In this document: piece by piece, positions 21,974-32,000 of the stretch | How positions within the stretch are numbered: position 1 is the stretch's first letter | Layout: every line of letters starts with the position of its first letter | Source of the DNA: an uncultured Myxococcales bacterium | GTDB lineage: Bacteria > Myxococcota_A > Polyangia > Polyangiales > Polyangiaceae | Direction: 5' to 3' | Length of the DNA: 32,000 nt | Assembly: GCA_937949945.1 (NCBI GenBank) | Contig: CALFEQ010000194.1 | Coordinates: 96,620-128,619, forward strand | The notes under the pieces: generated by a model | What the model saw: only the letters and a program-made list of their open reading frames with translations | Databases searched by the model: none | What the model was told of the DNA's origin: nothing | Program-made: the position numbers and the translations under genes

Positions 21974-23125
21974 TCAGGGCTCGCGTTCACGCCCACTCTC
22001 CTTGGCAGGCGCAATTCGCTGGACGCGCTCGTGGGCACGCGCTCGCGTCACCCAGACGAGGACGACCGAGGCCCGAGGCCTTTCTTGCTGAGGACCGAGG
22101 GCCTCGAGACGAGGCTCCTTGCCTCCGCTCTTGATCGTCCACACCTCTCCATCGGGCTGCTCCGCGCCGGCCAGGCGAGCGAGGACCTGTGCCGCAATGC
22201 GGCCTCGGTCTCGGGCAACAGCTCGAGGGCGTCGCCGAGCAGCGTCATCAGCGTGCCGTCGACGTGAGCGACCGCGATCTCGGCGCCGGAGGCGAGCGCG
22301 GCGCGAGCGAGCAGGACGCCGTCTGCGAGGCTCTTCGCGATCGCGGCGGCCTCGACGGTCGCGGCGCGTCCCTCGGCGTTGGAGCCCGTGCGCATGTGCG
22401 GCTCGCCGGCGAGGACGAGCCCCTCGGCGCGCAGCCGCCGGTCGACGCTCGCCGGACCGATCATGGCGGTCGCGCGGCCGACGATGGCGATGACGTCCTC
22501 GAACGCGAATGTCTCGGCGGCGTGGCGAGCCGCGTCCAGAGCGGCGCGGAACGCGCGCTCGGGACCGACCACGTCGATCGCCTCGAGCAGGTGCGAGGTC
22601 ACGCGCGACGAACTGGAGGAGCGCGAGCGAGGACGGATCGGCGGTGTGGATGTCCTCGAACAACAGGGCGAGGGGAGCGTCGCGATCGGCGATCTCCCGC
22701 AGCGCGTCCACCACCTCCTCGAAGAGCGCGAGCCGCGCCTGCGTGGGATCCACGACCGCGGCGGCCGGCTCTTCTCCCTGGAGCTGGGGCGAGAGACGCT
22801 CGAGCGTCGCCGCGTCCTTCGACGAAGAGCCGCGCGCGCGGGCACGACGGATCGAACGGAGGATCTGGATCCAGGGCCAGAACGCCGGTGCGCCGCCGAC
22901 CTCGGCGCACCGGCCCCACGCGACGGTGAAGCCGCGATCGATGGCGCGGCGCGACAGCTCGGTGACGAGGCGCGTCTTTCCGATCCCACCCTCGCCGGTG
23001 ATCACGTGCAGGCGGCCGCGCCCGGCCGCCGCTCCGTCGAGGCCCTCTTCCAGCTGTGCGAGCTCCGCGGATCGGCCGACGATCGCCCCCTTCTTCGTCA
23101 CTTCCGTCTGCGGCGCTCCTTGCAT
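21974..23125 (-). pseudogene. frameshifted/truncated AAA_16-type ATPase (N-terminal module of large LuxR/kinase-associated regulators)
   Basis: The frame of ORF 21974..23125 is protein-like for about 177 aa, with Walker A (VITGEGGIGKTRL), then ..FEDIHTADPSSLALLQFVARDL. After about 22595 it turns to Arg-rich junk. Protein-like sequence resumes in the frame of ORF 22048..22989 (HLLEAIDVVGPERAFRAALDAARHAAETFAFEDVIAIVGRA...). It degenerates again near 22190. Confidence 0.55.
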
Positions 23126-23158
23126 GATTGCGCTCTACGGACCGGCTAAAGTACCGCC

Positions 23159-23959
23159 ATGCGAACGTTCCGCGCCGCGACGCTCAACATTTGGAGTCGC
23201 TTCGGCCCCTGGGAGGAGCGGCTCGTCGCGATACGCGAGGGCCTTCGCACGCTGCGTCCGGACGTGATCGGCCTCCAGGAGGTCCTCCGCTTCGAGGGGT
23301 TCGATCAGGGCGCCCTCGTCGCAGAAGGGCTCGGCTACGAGGTCGTGTGGGGCAAGGCGTCGGAGAATCACGGCTACCCGACGGGCAACGCCATCCTGTC
23401 GCGCTGGCCGATCCTCCGATCCGAGGTCATTCGGCTACCGGACGGGGGCAGCGACGAGGAACGCTGCCTCTTGTTCGCCGAGATCGACGCGCCGTTCGGC
23501 AAGCTCCCGTTCTTCTGCACGCACCTGAACTGGAAGTTCACCGACGGGCACGTCCGTGTCCTCCAGGTCAAGGCGATCGCCAAGGAGGTCGAGCGTCTCG
23601 CGCCGGTGCACCGCTCGTTCCCGCCCGTCGTCGTCGGCGACTTCAACGCCGATCCGGACGCGGACGAGATCCGCTACATGAAAGGCCTCACCGGTCTCGG
23701 CGGACGCTACGTGTACTTCGCCGATGCCTTCGGCGTCGCAGGGGACGGCTCGCCCGGCGCGACGTTCTCGAAGAAGAACCCCTTCGCGGAGCCGATGCGC
23801 GAGCCGGAGCGCCGGATCGACTACGTCTTCGTCCGGGGCCCGGACGACGCGCAGCGCGGCGAGCCGACGGAGGCCCGCGTGTGCTTCGACCAGCCCTACG
23901 ACGGCATCTTCCCGAGTGACCACTTCGGCGTGATCGCGACGATCACGGCCGGTCGCTGA
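23159..23959 (+). CDS. endonuclease/exonuclease/phosphatase (EEP) family hydrolase
   Basis: EEP signatures present are ATLNIW, VIGLQEV, GDFNADPD and SDHFGVIATI. No signal peptide is present. Confidence 0.85.
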   Translation: MRTFRAATLNIWSRFGPWEERLVAIREGLRTLRPDVIGLQEVLRFEGFDQGALVAEGLGYEVVWGKASENHGYPTGNAILSRWPILRSEVIRLPDGGSDEERCLLFAEIDAPFGKLPFFCTHLNWKFTDGHVRVLQVKAIAKEVERLAPVHRSFPPVVVGDFNADPDADEIRYMKGLTGLGGRYVYFADAFGVAGDGSPGATFSKKNPFAEPMREPERRIDYVFVRGPDDAQRGEPTEARVCFDQPYDGIFPSDHFGVIATITAGR

Positions 23960-24046
23960 CGCCTCGCCCGGATCCCGGCCGACCATCACCCGTCGGCCGA
24001 CGGGATCGGCAAAAGACGCCGCTCCCTTCCGAGACATTCGGATAGG

Positions 24047-25936
24047 ATGCGGCGCGTGCGGAGGCGTGCCGGACGTCGCTTCGTGGTCGCGTTCCTCGGC
24101 GCCGTCCTCGCCGCCCCGAACGCCGCGCAGGCGCAGAAGCCGATCTCGCAGACGACGGAATACTCGCCGTACGAGAAGGAGGCCATCGACGAGGCGCTCA
24201 AGAGCCTCGGCCGTGAGGTGGACCCGAGCCCCGAGGGCAAGACGATCGGCGAAGTCCACTTCGTCCGCCTCGAGATCCTCGAGCCGCGCGATCCCGGGCC
24301 CGAGCTGTTGCGGCCCATCCCGATCCTCTCACCGCTCGGCAAGTACGTCACGAAGCGGACGCTGAACTCGCTCCACTCGCTGTCGAAGGAGTGGGTCATC
24401 GATCGCGAGCTGCTCCTGCGGCCGGGGGACCCCTACGTCCAGGTCGTCATCGACGAGACCGCACGGAACATGCGCAGCCGCATGCCGCTGCAGATCTCGC
24501 TCGTCGTCATCCTGCCTCTGAAAGCGAAGGACCCGGACAAGGTAGACCTCCTCGTCATCACGAAGGACATCTGGAGCCTCCGCTTGTCCTTCGATCTCGC
24601 GTACACGCCGGGTGGTCTCGAGAATCTCGTCGTCGTCCCGCAGGAGACGAACGTCTTCGGTTTGCACCACACCGCCCAGACGTCGTTCCAGCTGCGGCCC
24701 GAGACCTACACTCTCGGGCTCGGCTACAACATTCCTCGGTTCGGCTACTCGTGGATCGGCGCCGGCGCGAGCGCGTCGATCACGATCAATCGACGCGAGG
24801 CGTCCCCCGAGGGCTCGGCCATGGGCATCAGCGTGGGGCAGGGGCTGTACTCGACGCGCACCGAATGGGCGTGGGACGTCGATCTCGGCTACAGCGTCGG
24901 CATCGCGCGGCGCTATTCGAACGCGCAAGTCTTCCTCTTCGACTCGCGGCTCACAGCCGAGCGCGAGCGCATCCCTTTCCAGTACCGGAGCCGCTCGTTC
25001 GGCGCCTCGGCGTCGATCACGCGCTCGTTCGGGTGGGCGATCAAGAACAACTTCGCGCTGTCGTTCAACGCCTCGACCGCGAGCTACGAGCTCTTCCGCG
25101 AGTACCTCGAGGGCGTGGATCCGGTCGCCGTCGCGGACTTCACGAACCGCGCCCTGCCGACGAGCGAGTCGCGGGTGTACCCGGCGATTTCGTGGAGCAC
25201 GTTCACGACGAACTACCTCCGCACGCTCGACGTCGACACCCTCGCGCTCCAGGAGGACTTCCGCCTCGGCCACAACGTCGGCGTGACCATCTACCCGGTC
25301 CCGAAGGCGCTCGGGTCCTCCCGCGATCTCGTCGGCGTGAGCGCGCGAGCAGGCTACACCGTCGCGCTCGGCGACGGCCTCGCCGGCGCGAGCGTCTCGA
25401 CGTTCGCGGAGGAGCAGGAAGGTTTCCCCGTCCCTTGGCTCTGCCCCGAGAGACCGAGCTGCACGGACGCCTCGATCGGCGCCGCGCTCGGCGCGGTCAC
25501 GCCGCGCATCTTCGGCGCGGGCCGCATCGTCATGAACGCGTCGTTCAACAACCGTTACAAGAACTACCTGAACGCGCGCACGTTCATCGGCGGCGAGGAC
25601 CGCCTCCGCGGCTATCCGACGGGCTTCTTCTTCGGAAAGGACACGGTCTTCTTCAACATCGAGTACCGGTCGCGCTCGATCGAGGTGCTCAAGGCCCGCA
25701 TCGGCGGCGTCCTCTTCTTCGACTCCGCAGACGCCGCGAGGAGCTTCGACATGCTGCGGGCGAAGCAGTCCGTGGGCTTCGGCATCCGCACGCTGCTCCC
25801 GCAGATCAATCGGCTCGTGCTGCGCCTCGACTTCGCATTCCCGCTCAAGCGAGGCCCGTTCCCGGAGACGGGAAGCCCGGCGCCGGTCGATCCGTTCGGC
25901 TTCTTCTTCGCGTTCGATCAGGCGTTTTCGCCGTGA
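24047..25936 (+). CDS. Omp85/BamA-family outer-membrane beta-barrel protein (short form with few POTRA domains)
   Basis: The signal peptide ends ..APNAAQA. A POTRA-like segment is present ([10 protein letters not shown]..., LLRPGDPY...VDLLVITKD). The C-terminal barrel motifs are [27 protein letters not shown] and LRLDFAFPL. Confidence 0.8.
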   Translation: MRRVRRRAGRRFVVAFLGAVLAAPNAAQAQKPISQTTEYSPYEKEAIDEALKSLGREVDPSPEGKTIGEVHFVRLEILEPRDPGPELLRPIPILSPLGKYVTKRTLNSLHSLSKEWVIDRELLLRPGDPYVQVVIDETARNMRSRMPLQISLVVILPLKAKDPDKVDLLVITKDIWSLRLSFDLAYTPGGLENLVVVPQETNVFGLHHTAQTSFQLRPETYTLGLGYNIPRFGYSWIGAGASASITINRREASPEGSAMGISVGQGLYSTRTEWAWDVDLGYSVGIARRYSNAQVFLFDSRLTAERERIPFQYRSRSFGASASITRSFGWAIKNNFALSFNASTASYELFREYLEGVDPVAVADFTNRALPTSESRVYPAISWSTFTTNYLRTLDVDTLALQEDFRLGHNVGVTIYPVPKALGSSRDLVGVSARAGYTVALGDGLAGASVSTFAEEQEGFPVPWLCPERPSCTDASIGAALGAVTPRIFGAGRIVMNASFNNRYKNYLNARTFIGGEDRLRGYPTGFFFGKDTVFFNIEYRSRSIEVLKARIGGVLFFDSADAARSFDMLRAKQSVGFGIRTLLPQINRLVLRLDFAFPLKRGPFPETGSPAPVDPFGFFFAFDQAFSP

Positions 25937-25940
25937 GCAG

Positions 25941-26167
25941 GCCGAGTCAGGCTCCAGGCTCCGGGCTCCAGGCTCCAGGGAGAGCAAGCTTCTGCCTCCC
26001 CGCATCCAAAGAGTCGGTCGGGCTCACGGCAACGAGCCATAGCTTCCGATCCGAGGCCGAGTCAGGTCCAGGCTCCGGGCTCCAGGCTCCAGGGAGAGCA
26101 AGCTTCTGCCTCCCCGCATCCAAAGAGTCGGTCGGGCTCACGGCAACGAGCCATAGCTTCCGATCCG
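25941..26167. repeat. near-perfect tandem duplication of a ~114-bp unit
   Basis: Copy 1 (25941-26054) and copy 2 (26055-26167) differ by a single 1-nt indel. Each unit starts with (GGCTCCR)x4 and then has a core with two small hairpins (GGGAG..CTCCC and GGCTC..GAGCC). Confidence 0.9.
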
Positions 26168-26185
26168 AGGCCGAGGAGGTCCTTC

Positions 26186-26272
26186 CTGGAGCCTGGAGCC
26201 CGGCCTGGAGCCTTCCCCTGGAGCCTGGAGCCTGGAGCCTGGAGCCTCCTTCGTCCCTGGAGCCTGGAGCCT
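26186..26272. repeat. array of ~9 CTGGAGC heptamers, the inverse complement of the GGCTCCA heptamers in the 114-bp units
   Basis: The sequence is ctggagcctggagcccggcctggagccttcccctggagcctggagcctggagcctggagcctccttcgtccctggagcctggagc. It abuts the lon stop codon at 26277. Confidence 0.85.
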
Positions 26273-26276
26273 CCTG

Positions 26277-28679
<2,403 letters not shown>

Positions 28680-28759
28680 GTCGGGGGAGCTCTCCTGGGA
28701 GTTCGGCAGCCAGCGGCGCCTCGCTCGAGGCGGCGCCGTGAAGCGCGGGCATTGAGCGA

Positions 28760-28782
28760 TGAATGAAAGCTAAGTTCGTTCA
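28760..28782. promoter_or_regulatory. operator-like inverted repeat TGAATGAA-N7-TTCGTTCA in the lon upstream region
   Basis: It has the same architecture as the tetR-proximal palindrome at 29772-29794 (TGAACGAA-N7-TTCGTTCA), with one arm mismatch. It overlaps the predicted lon -10 element. Confidence 0.5.
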
Positions 28783-28794
28783 CAGTTCCGTCAA
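28767..28794 (-). promoter_or_regulatory. candidate sigma70-type promoter for lon
   Basis: The minus strand reads TTGACG (28794-28789), a 16-nt spacer, then TAGCTT (28772-28767). This lies about 90 nt upstream of the lon ATG in a locally AT-richer patch. Confidence 0.4.
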
Positions 28795-29098
28795 CGACCG
28801 CAGGCTCGGCCTGCCGTCGCGAAACGCGACCGGTGGCGGAGCATCGAAGAGCGAAGGCGAATCGAAGAAGGAGACGAAAGCGGCGACGTCTCGCTCCGCC
28901 CTCGAGCACGAGGGTGGAGCTCGATGCGTCACGGGTCGGCTCGACGACGGCCGAGCCTTCGCATGACGACGGTTTCGCCGACGACGGACAGCGCCGACCC
29001 GATCGCGTAGCACACCGTCACAGGCATCGCGAATCGAGGCGCGCGTGTCGTTCCGCTCGACGCTCGCGCTCGAGCTCGAGCGCGCTTCGACGCTCGCG

Positions 29099-29755
29099 CT
29101 AGGCCGATCGACGCGACCGTCCGCGGGCGGTCGTCTGCTTCGTCGACCGCTGCCGCTCTCTGCGCGCGTTCGGCGCTTCGTTCGGACGCGACATCAGCCC
29201 GACGAGCACGAGCTCGCACATCTCCGAGGCGATCGCGAGCATGTCTCCGGTCCCCGAGAAGATCCAAGGAGGGGAGAGGCTCGCGAACGCGCGCTGGATG
29301 ATGGCGGCCTTGCGTGGCGGATCGATGTCTCCGAACACGCCGAGCTTCCGGCCCCGCTCGAGGATCTCGACGAGCAGCGCGTGCTCCTCTTCGCGGAAGC
29401 GCTCGTGCGCGGCGCGTACGCCCTCCGTCTTGCAGTGCACGAGCTCGCACGCATGCTGGCCCTTCGCGCGGAGCTCGAGGAAGCGCGCCGTCCGCGCCGT
29501 GAGCACGGACGTCAGACACGTCGCAGGGTCCTCGTTCACCGCCGCCGCCCGCATGGCCTCGAGGACGGCGGCATGAGCGGACTGCGAGAGCTCCCGGACG
29601 ATCGCCTCCTTCGAGTCGAACTCGAGGTAGACGGTCCCGACGCCCACGTTCGCCTCGCGGGCGACGTCGGCCATCGTCGTCTTGGCGTACCCGTAGTGCT
29701 CGAAGAGCCGGGACGCGGCGCGGAGGATGGCGGCGCGGCGCTCCTCGGAGCTCAT
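29099..29755 (-). CDS. TetR/AcrR-family transcriptional regulator
   Basis: The N-terminal HTH is RRAAILRAASRLFEHYGYAKTTMADVAREANVGVGTVYLEFDSKEAIV. At 218 aa the size is typical. Confidence 0.9.
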   Translation of the reverse strand: MSSEERRAAILRAASRLFEHYGYAKTTMADVAREANVGVGTVYLEFDSKEAIVRELSQSAHAAVLEAMRAAAVNEDPATCLTSVLTARTARFLELRAKGQHACELVHCKTEGVRAAHERFREEEHALLVEILERGRKLGVFGDIDPPRKAAIIQRAFASLSPPWIFSGTGDMLAIASEMCELVLVGLMSRPNEAPNARRERQRSTKQTTARGRSRRSA

Positions 29756-29768
29756 CGCGGCGAGCTTA

Positions 29769-29797
29769 GCATGAACGAAAACGAGGTTCGTTCATGC
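29769..29797. promoter_or_regulatory. perfect 11-bp-arm palindrome, probable TetR operator
   Basis: The sequence is GCATGAACGAA-aacgagg-TTCGTTCATGC, located 14-42 nt upstream of the tetR ATG. Confidence 0.65.
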
Positions 29798-29821
29798 TTC
29801 GCCGCTCGCTCGGCCCGCGCG

Positions 29822-30361
29822 TCAGGACCCCGCGCAGGCGTTCGTGGGCGGATCGTCCGTCAGGCGCGCGAATCGCCCGGCCGAGTACTGCGGGAGGATG
29901 TGGCGGACGATGATGCCGTCGTTCGTCTCGCTCATGACGATCTCGCCGCTGGACTCCTTCGTCGACGCCTGCAGATCGGGCAGGTCGACGCGCCACACCG
30001 TCCCGTCCCACGTGACGGTCCCATAGACGCAGTCGTATGCCTGGGAGTCGGCGCAGCGGACGGAGAGGAGCGCCGGCTCGTAGTACGGCTTCGTGCAACG
30101 GCGCGCGATCGCTTTTCCGTCGGGCCGGAGATCGAGATAGAGATGGCCGAACGCATACGCCGACCGTTTGCCGCCGGGAGCGCCTTCGAGCCAGACGAGA
30201 TCCCAGGCGCCCCAAGGCGCGTTCGACGGGGCGAGCCGTGCGGAGAGCGTCGTCCTCGGTCCCGTCGCGTCACCGCTCCCGTCGTCCTCCTGGATGGCAC
30301 CGCCGCACGCGACGAGGCCGATGCATGCGAGGGCGACCGAAGAGCAGACCTTGCGCAGCAT
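29822..30361 (-). CDS. lipoprotein (hypothetical)
   Basis: The start was chosen at the internal Met (MLRKVCSSVALACIGLVACGG, lipobox LVAC) of ORF 29822..30481. Composition is coding-like. No family was recognised. Confidence 0.6.
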   Translation of the reverse strand: MLRKVCSSVALACIGLVACGGAIQEDDGSGDATGPRTTLSARLAPSNAPWGAWDLVWLEGAPGGKRSAYAFGHLYLDLRPDGKAIARRCTKPYYEPALLSVRCADSQAYDCVYGTVTWDGTVWRVDLPDLQASTKESSGEIVMSETNDGIIVRHILPQYSAGRFARLTDDPPTNACAGS

Positions 30362-30537
30362 GCAATGGATCGAAGCAAGCGGCGCGGGACGCTTGCAACG
30401 ATTTTCGACCCCTGCGAGGCGCGAGCGCGTGCTCGCACGGCCTCGCACGCTCCGGGGACGGCGACCGGAGCGTGGGAGCATTGGTCACCTTCGACGCTTC
30501 GGGCCGAGCACGGCCTCGCGCGCGTCGTGCGCGCGCC

Positions 30538-30960
30538 TCATTGCGAGCCGGGCGGCTTGGGCGCGCAGACGCCCATGAAGCACTGGTTCCCGTCGAGGCA
30601 GTCCACGGCGGTCGCGCAGGGGAACGCGCACTTCTGGAACTGGAGGTTGCAGCGGTGCAGGCCGCACGCCGAATCGTTCTGACACGGCAACGCGAGCGGG
30701 CCCGGGGTCGCCATCGTGCCGGCCGGCGCCGTGTCCGTCGGCATCGCCGTCGCCGTCGGATACGGCTGCTGGGGGTACTGCTGCGGATACTGCTGCGGAT
30801 ACTGCTGGGGGTACTGCTGCGGGTAGCCCTGCTGGTACTGCGCCGTGGGCGCCGTCGCCGGCTGCGGATCGCTGCTGCCGCACGCCGAAGCCACGACCGC
30901 GAGCGCGGTGGCGGCCACGATCACGCCGGCGGAGGTGAGCTGAATCGTCGAGCGTCGCAT
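30538..30960 (-). CDS. small lipoprotein with (YPQQ)5 repeat and 8-Cys C-terminal knot-like domain
   Basis: A strong SD (AAGGAGG) lies 5-6 nt upstream of the ATG at 30960. The signal is MRRSTIQLTSAGVIVAATALAVVASAC. The repeat is QGYPQQYPQQYPQQYPQQYPQQPYP. The C-terminus is PCQNDSACGLHRCNLQFQKCAFPCATAVDCLDGNQCFMGVCAP. Confidence 0.8.
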   Translation of the reverse strand: MRRSTIQLTSAGVIVAATALAVVASACGSSDPQPATAPTAQYQQGYPQQYPQQYPQQYPQQYPQQPYPTATAMPTDTAPAGTMATPGPLALPCQNDSACGLHRCNLQFQKCAFPCATAVDCLDGNQCFMGVCAPKPPGSQ

Positions 30961-31172
30961 GGGATCCTCCTTGAAAGTGGGCGCGTAGGCGACCTTCGAG
31001 GCCGACGACGTTATCACGAGATGAGCGCCCACGAGTCCATCCTTCGACGGAGGGGGGCGTCCTCGGGACGAGCGTGCGTGGGGGGGGCGACTGGTTGGCG
31101 AACCGGGCCCGTCCACGGTACCTCGCGCACGGGGCGCGCGGCCATCGCGCCGACTCGGCGCACGATCTCGCG

Positions 31173-32000
31173 TCAGCGCCGGGTATCGCCCGGCAATGCG
31201 ATCTCGCTCGTCGGCTCGTCGTCCTCTTCGTCGAAGTTGTAACGCGGCTGCACGTTGTTCGACATCGGGCGCTTCACGCCGTGGACGAGGTCCCAGCCCA
31301 TGTCGCCGGGCTCGGCCCGCGGCGGTGCCCACGGCGGATCTTCCTCTTTCGGAATCTCGAAGCTCGGAATCGCCACCTCCGGCTTCGTCACCTGGAACGG
31401 AGGAGGCGCGCCGACGCCCGCGAGCGTGGCAGCCGGGGGACGCATCGGCGGCAGATCGCGTGGCGCGGCATCGGGCGCGCCGAAGAGCGCGCGCGGATCC
31501 GGCCTCGTGGACGTCGGCGCCGGCGACGCGAACGGATCGGGCTCCACGATGACGCCCGGCGGCTGCCCCTGTCGCGACTGCGGGGCAGGAGGGTCGGGCT
31601 CGATGATCACGCTCGGGAGATGCTCGACCGGCGGTGCGCGCGGCACCGGCTTCGCGGCCACGACGACCGACGCGGGCTTCGAGGGCTCCGCGGATCGCGC
31701 GCGGGCGGGAGGAGGCGGCGGCGGCTCGGGCTCGAGCTCGACCTCCAGCTCGTCCTCCGGCGGCATCTCCACCACCGGCAGCTCGCTGAAGTCGACGGTC
31801 TGCGGTTGCTCCGGGGCGGATGCCGCACCGGCGGGAGCCTTCGAGCTCTCGGTCGCCGCGGGCTCGGGTGTCTTCGCGGGCGCGCCGTTCGTCGCCTCGG
31901 CGGCGGCGGCCTCGGGTGCCTTCGCCGGCGCGGGCTTCGCCTCGGATGGGGTGGGCTTCGAAGGCTCGGCGGTGGGCTTCGGAGCGTCGGCGGGCTTCGG
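31173..32000 (-). CDS. proline-rich low-complexity protein, C-terminal part (5' end outside the window)
   Basis: The frame of ORF 31173..31775 stays open to the window edge (PKPADAPKPTAEPSKPTPSEAKPAPAK...). The sequence is Pro/Ala/Glu-rich and ends with an acidic DEEDDEP segment. Confidence 0.55.
   Translation of the reverse strand, partial: PKPADAPKPTAEPSKPTPSEAKPAPAKAPEAAAAEATNGAPAKTPEPAATESSKAPAGAASAPEQPQTVDFSELPVVEMPPEDELEVELEPEPPPPPPARARSAEPSKPASVVVAAKPVPRAPPVEHLPSVIIEPDPPAPQSRQGQPPGVIVEPDPFASPAPTSTRPDPRALFGAPDAAPRDLPPMRPPAATLAGVGAPPPFQVTKPEVAIPSFEIPKEEDPPWAPPRAEPGDMGWDLVHGVKRPMSNNVQPRYNFDEEDDEPTSEIALPGDTRR

Noticed and set aside
25941-26276. Possible CRISPR array, or a coding repeat (64-aa ORF 25947..26141 -).
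   Set aside because: There are only two long (114-bp) adjacent copies with no unique spacers, plus 7-nt microrepeats, and no cas genes. The ORF exists only because the repeat is duplicated, and it has no start context.
28780-29102. Small ORFs between tetR and lon: 77 aa at 28780..29013 -, 89 aa at 28833..29102 +, and 67 aa at 28763..28966 +.
   Set aside because: Their translations are Arg-rich and low-complexity with no SD and no coding periodicity. The region is better explained as the tetR 3' palindrome (GCGCTCGAGCTCGAGCGC at about 29064-29081) plus the lon promoter and leader.

Overview
Very GC-rich chromosomal DNA, with GC concentrated at third codon positions and many Arg/Ala/Pro-rich shadow ORFs on both strands. 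The gene content points to Myxococcota, probably Polyangiales/Sorangiineae-like. The evidence is the many CGDG...CDDGN...DGCS cysteine-rich repeats, a fibro-slime/PA14-like domain, a MYXO-CTERM-like tail and many lipobox lipoproteins. I support about 22 protein genes. Housekeeping genes are obg, lon and a membrane pyrophosphatase (hppA). Envelope and secreted proteins include a three-gene minus-strand operon (matrixin protease plus two paralogous Cys-repeat/PPC lipoproteins), an S1C serine protease, a 973-aa fibro-slime protein with 13 Cys repeats, an Omp85-family barrel and several small lipoproteins. Other genes are an orphan full-length FlhB/SctU, an MBL-fold hydrolase, a LigB/YgiD-type extradiol dioxygenase, an EEP-family hydrolase, a TetR regulator and one frameshifted AAA_16 ATPase pseudogene. 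The main anomaly is at about 9.9-12.6 kb, where roughly 2.3 kb has no credible ORF, lower GC, many hairpins and internal exact repeats. On its left edge it ends in a textbook minus-strand intrinsic terminator. On its right edge sit two perfect TTATCCACA DnaA boxes, further DnaA-like boxes and tandem AT-rich 13-mers, which looks like oriC although no dnaA or dnaN is nearby. Other non-obvious signals are a shared operator (TGAAYGAA-N7-TTCGTTCA) upstream of tetR and over the predicted lon promoter, a near-perfect 114-bp tandem duplication flanked by inverted heptamer arrays between Omp85 and lon, heptamer-repeat families at other gene 3' ends, and an Obg with a roughly 190-aa acidic and Lys/Ala-rich tail overlapping sctU by GTGA. 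No tRNA, rRNA, CRISPR array or intact mobile element was recognised.
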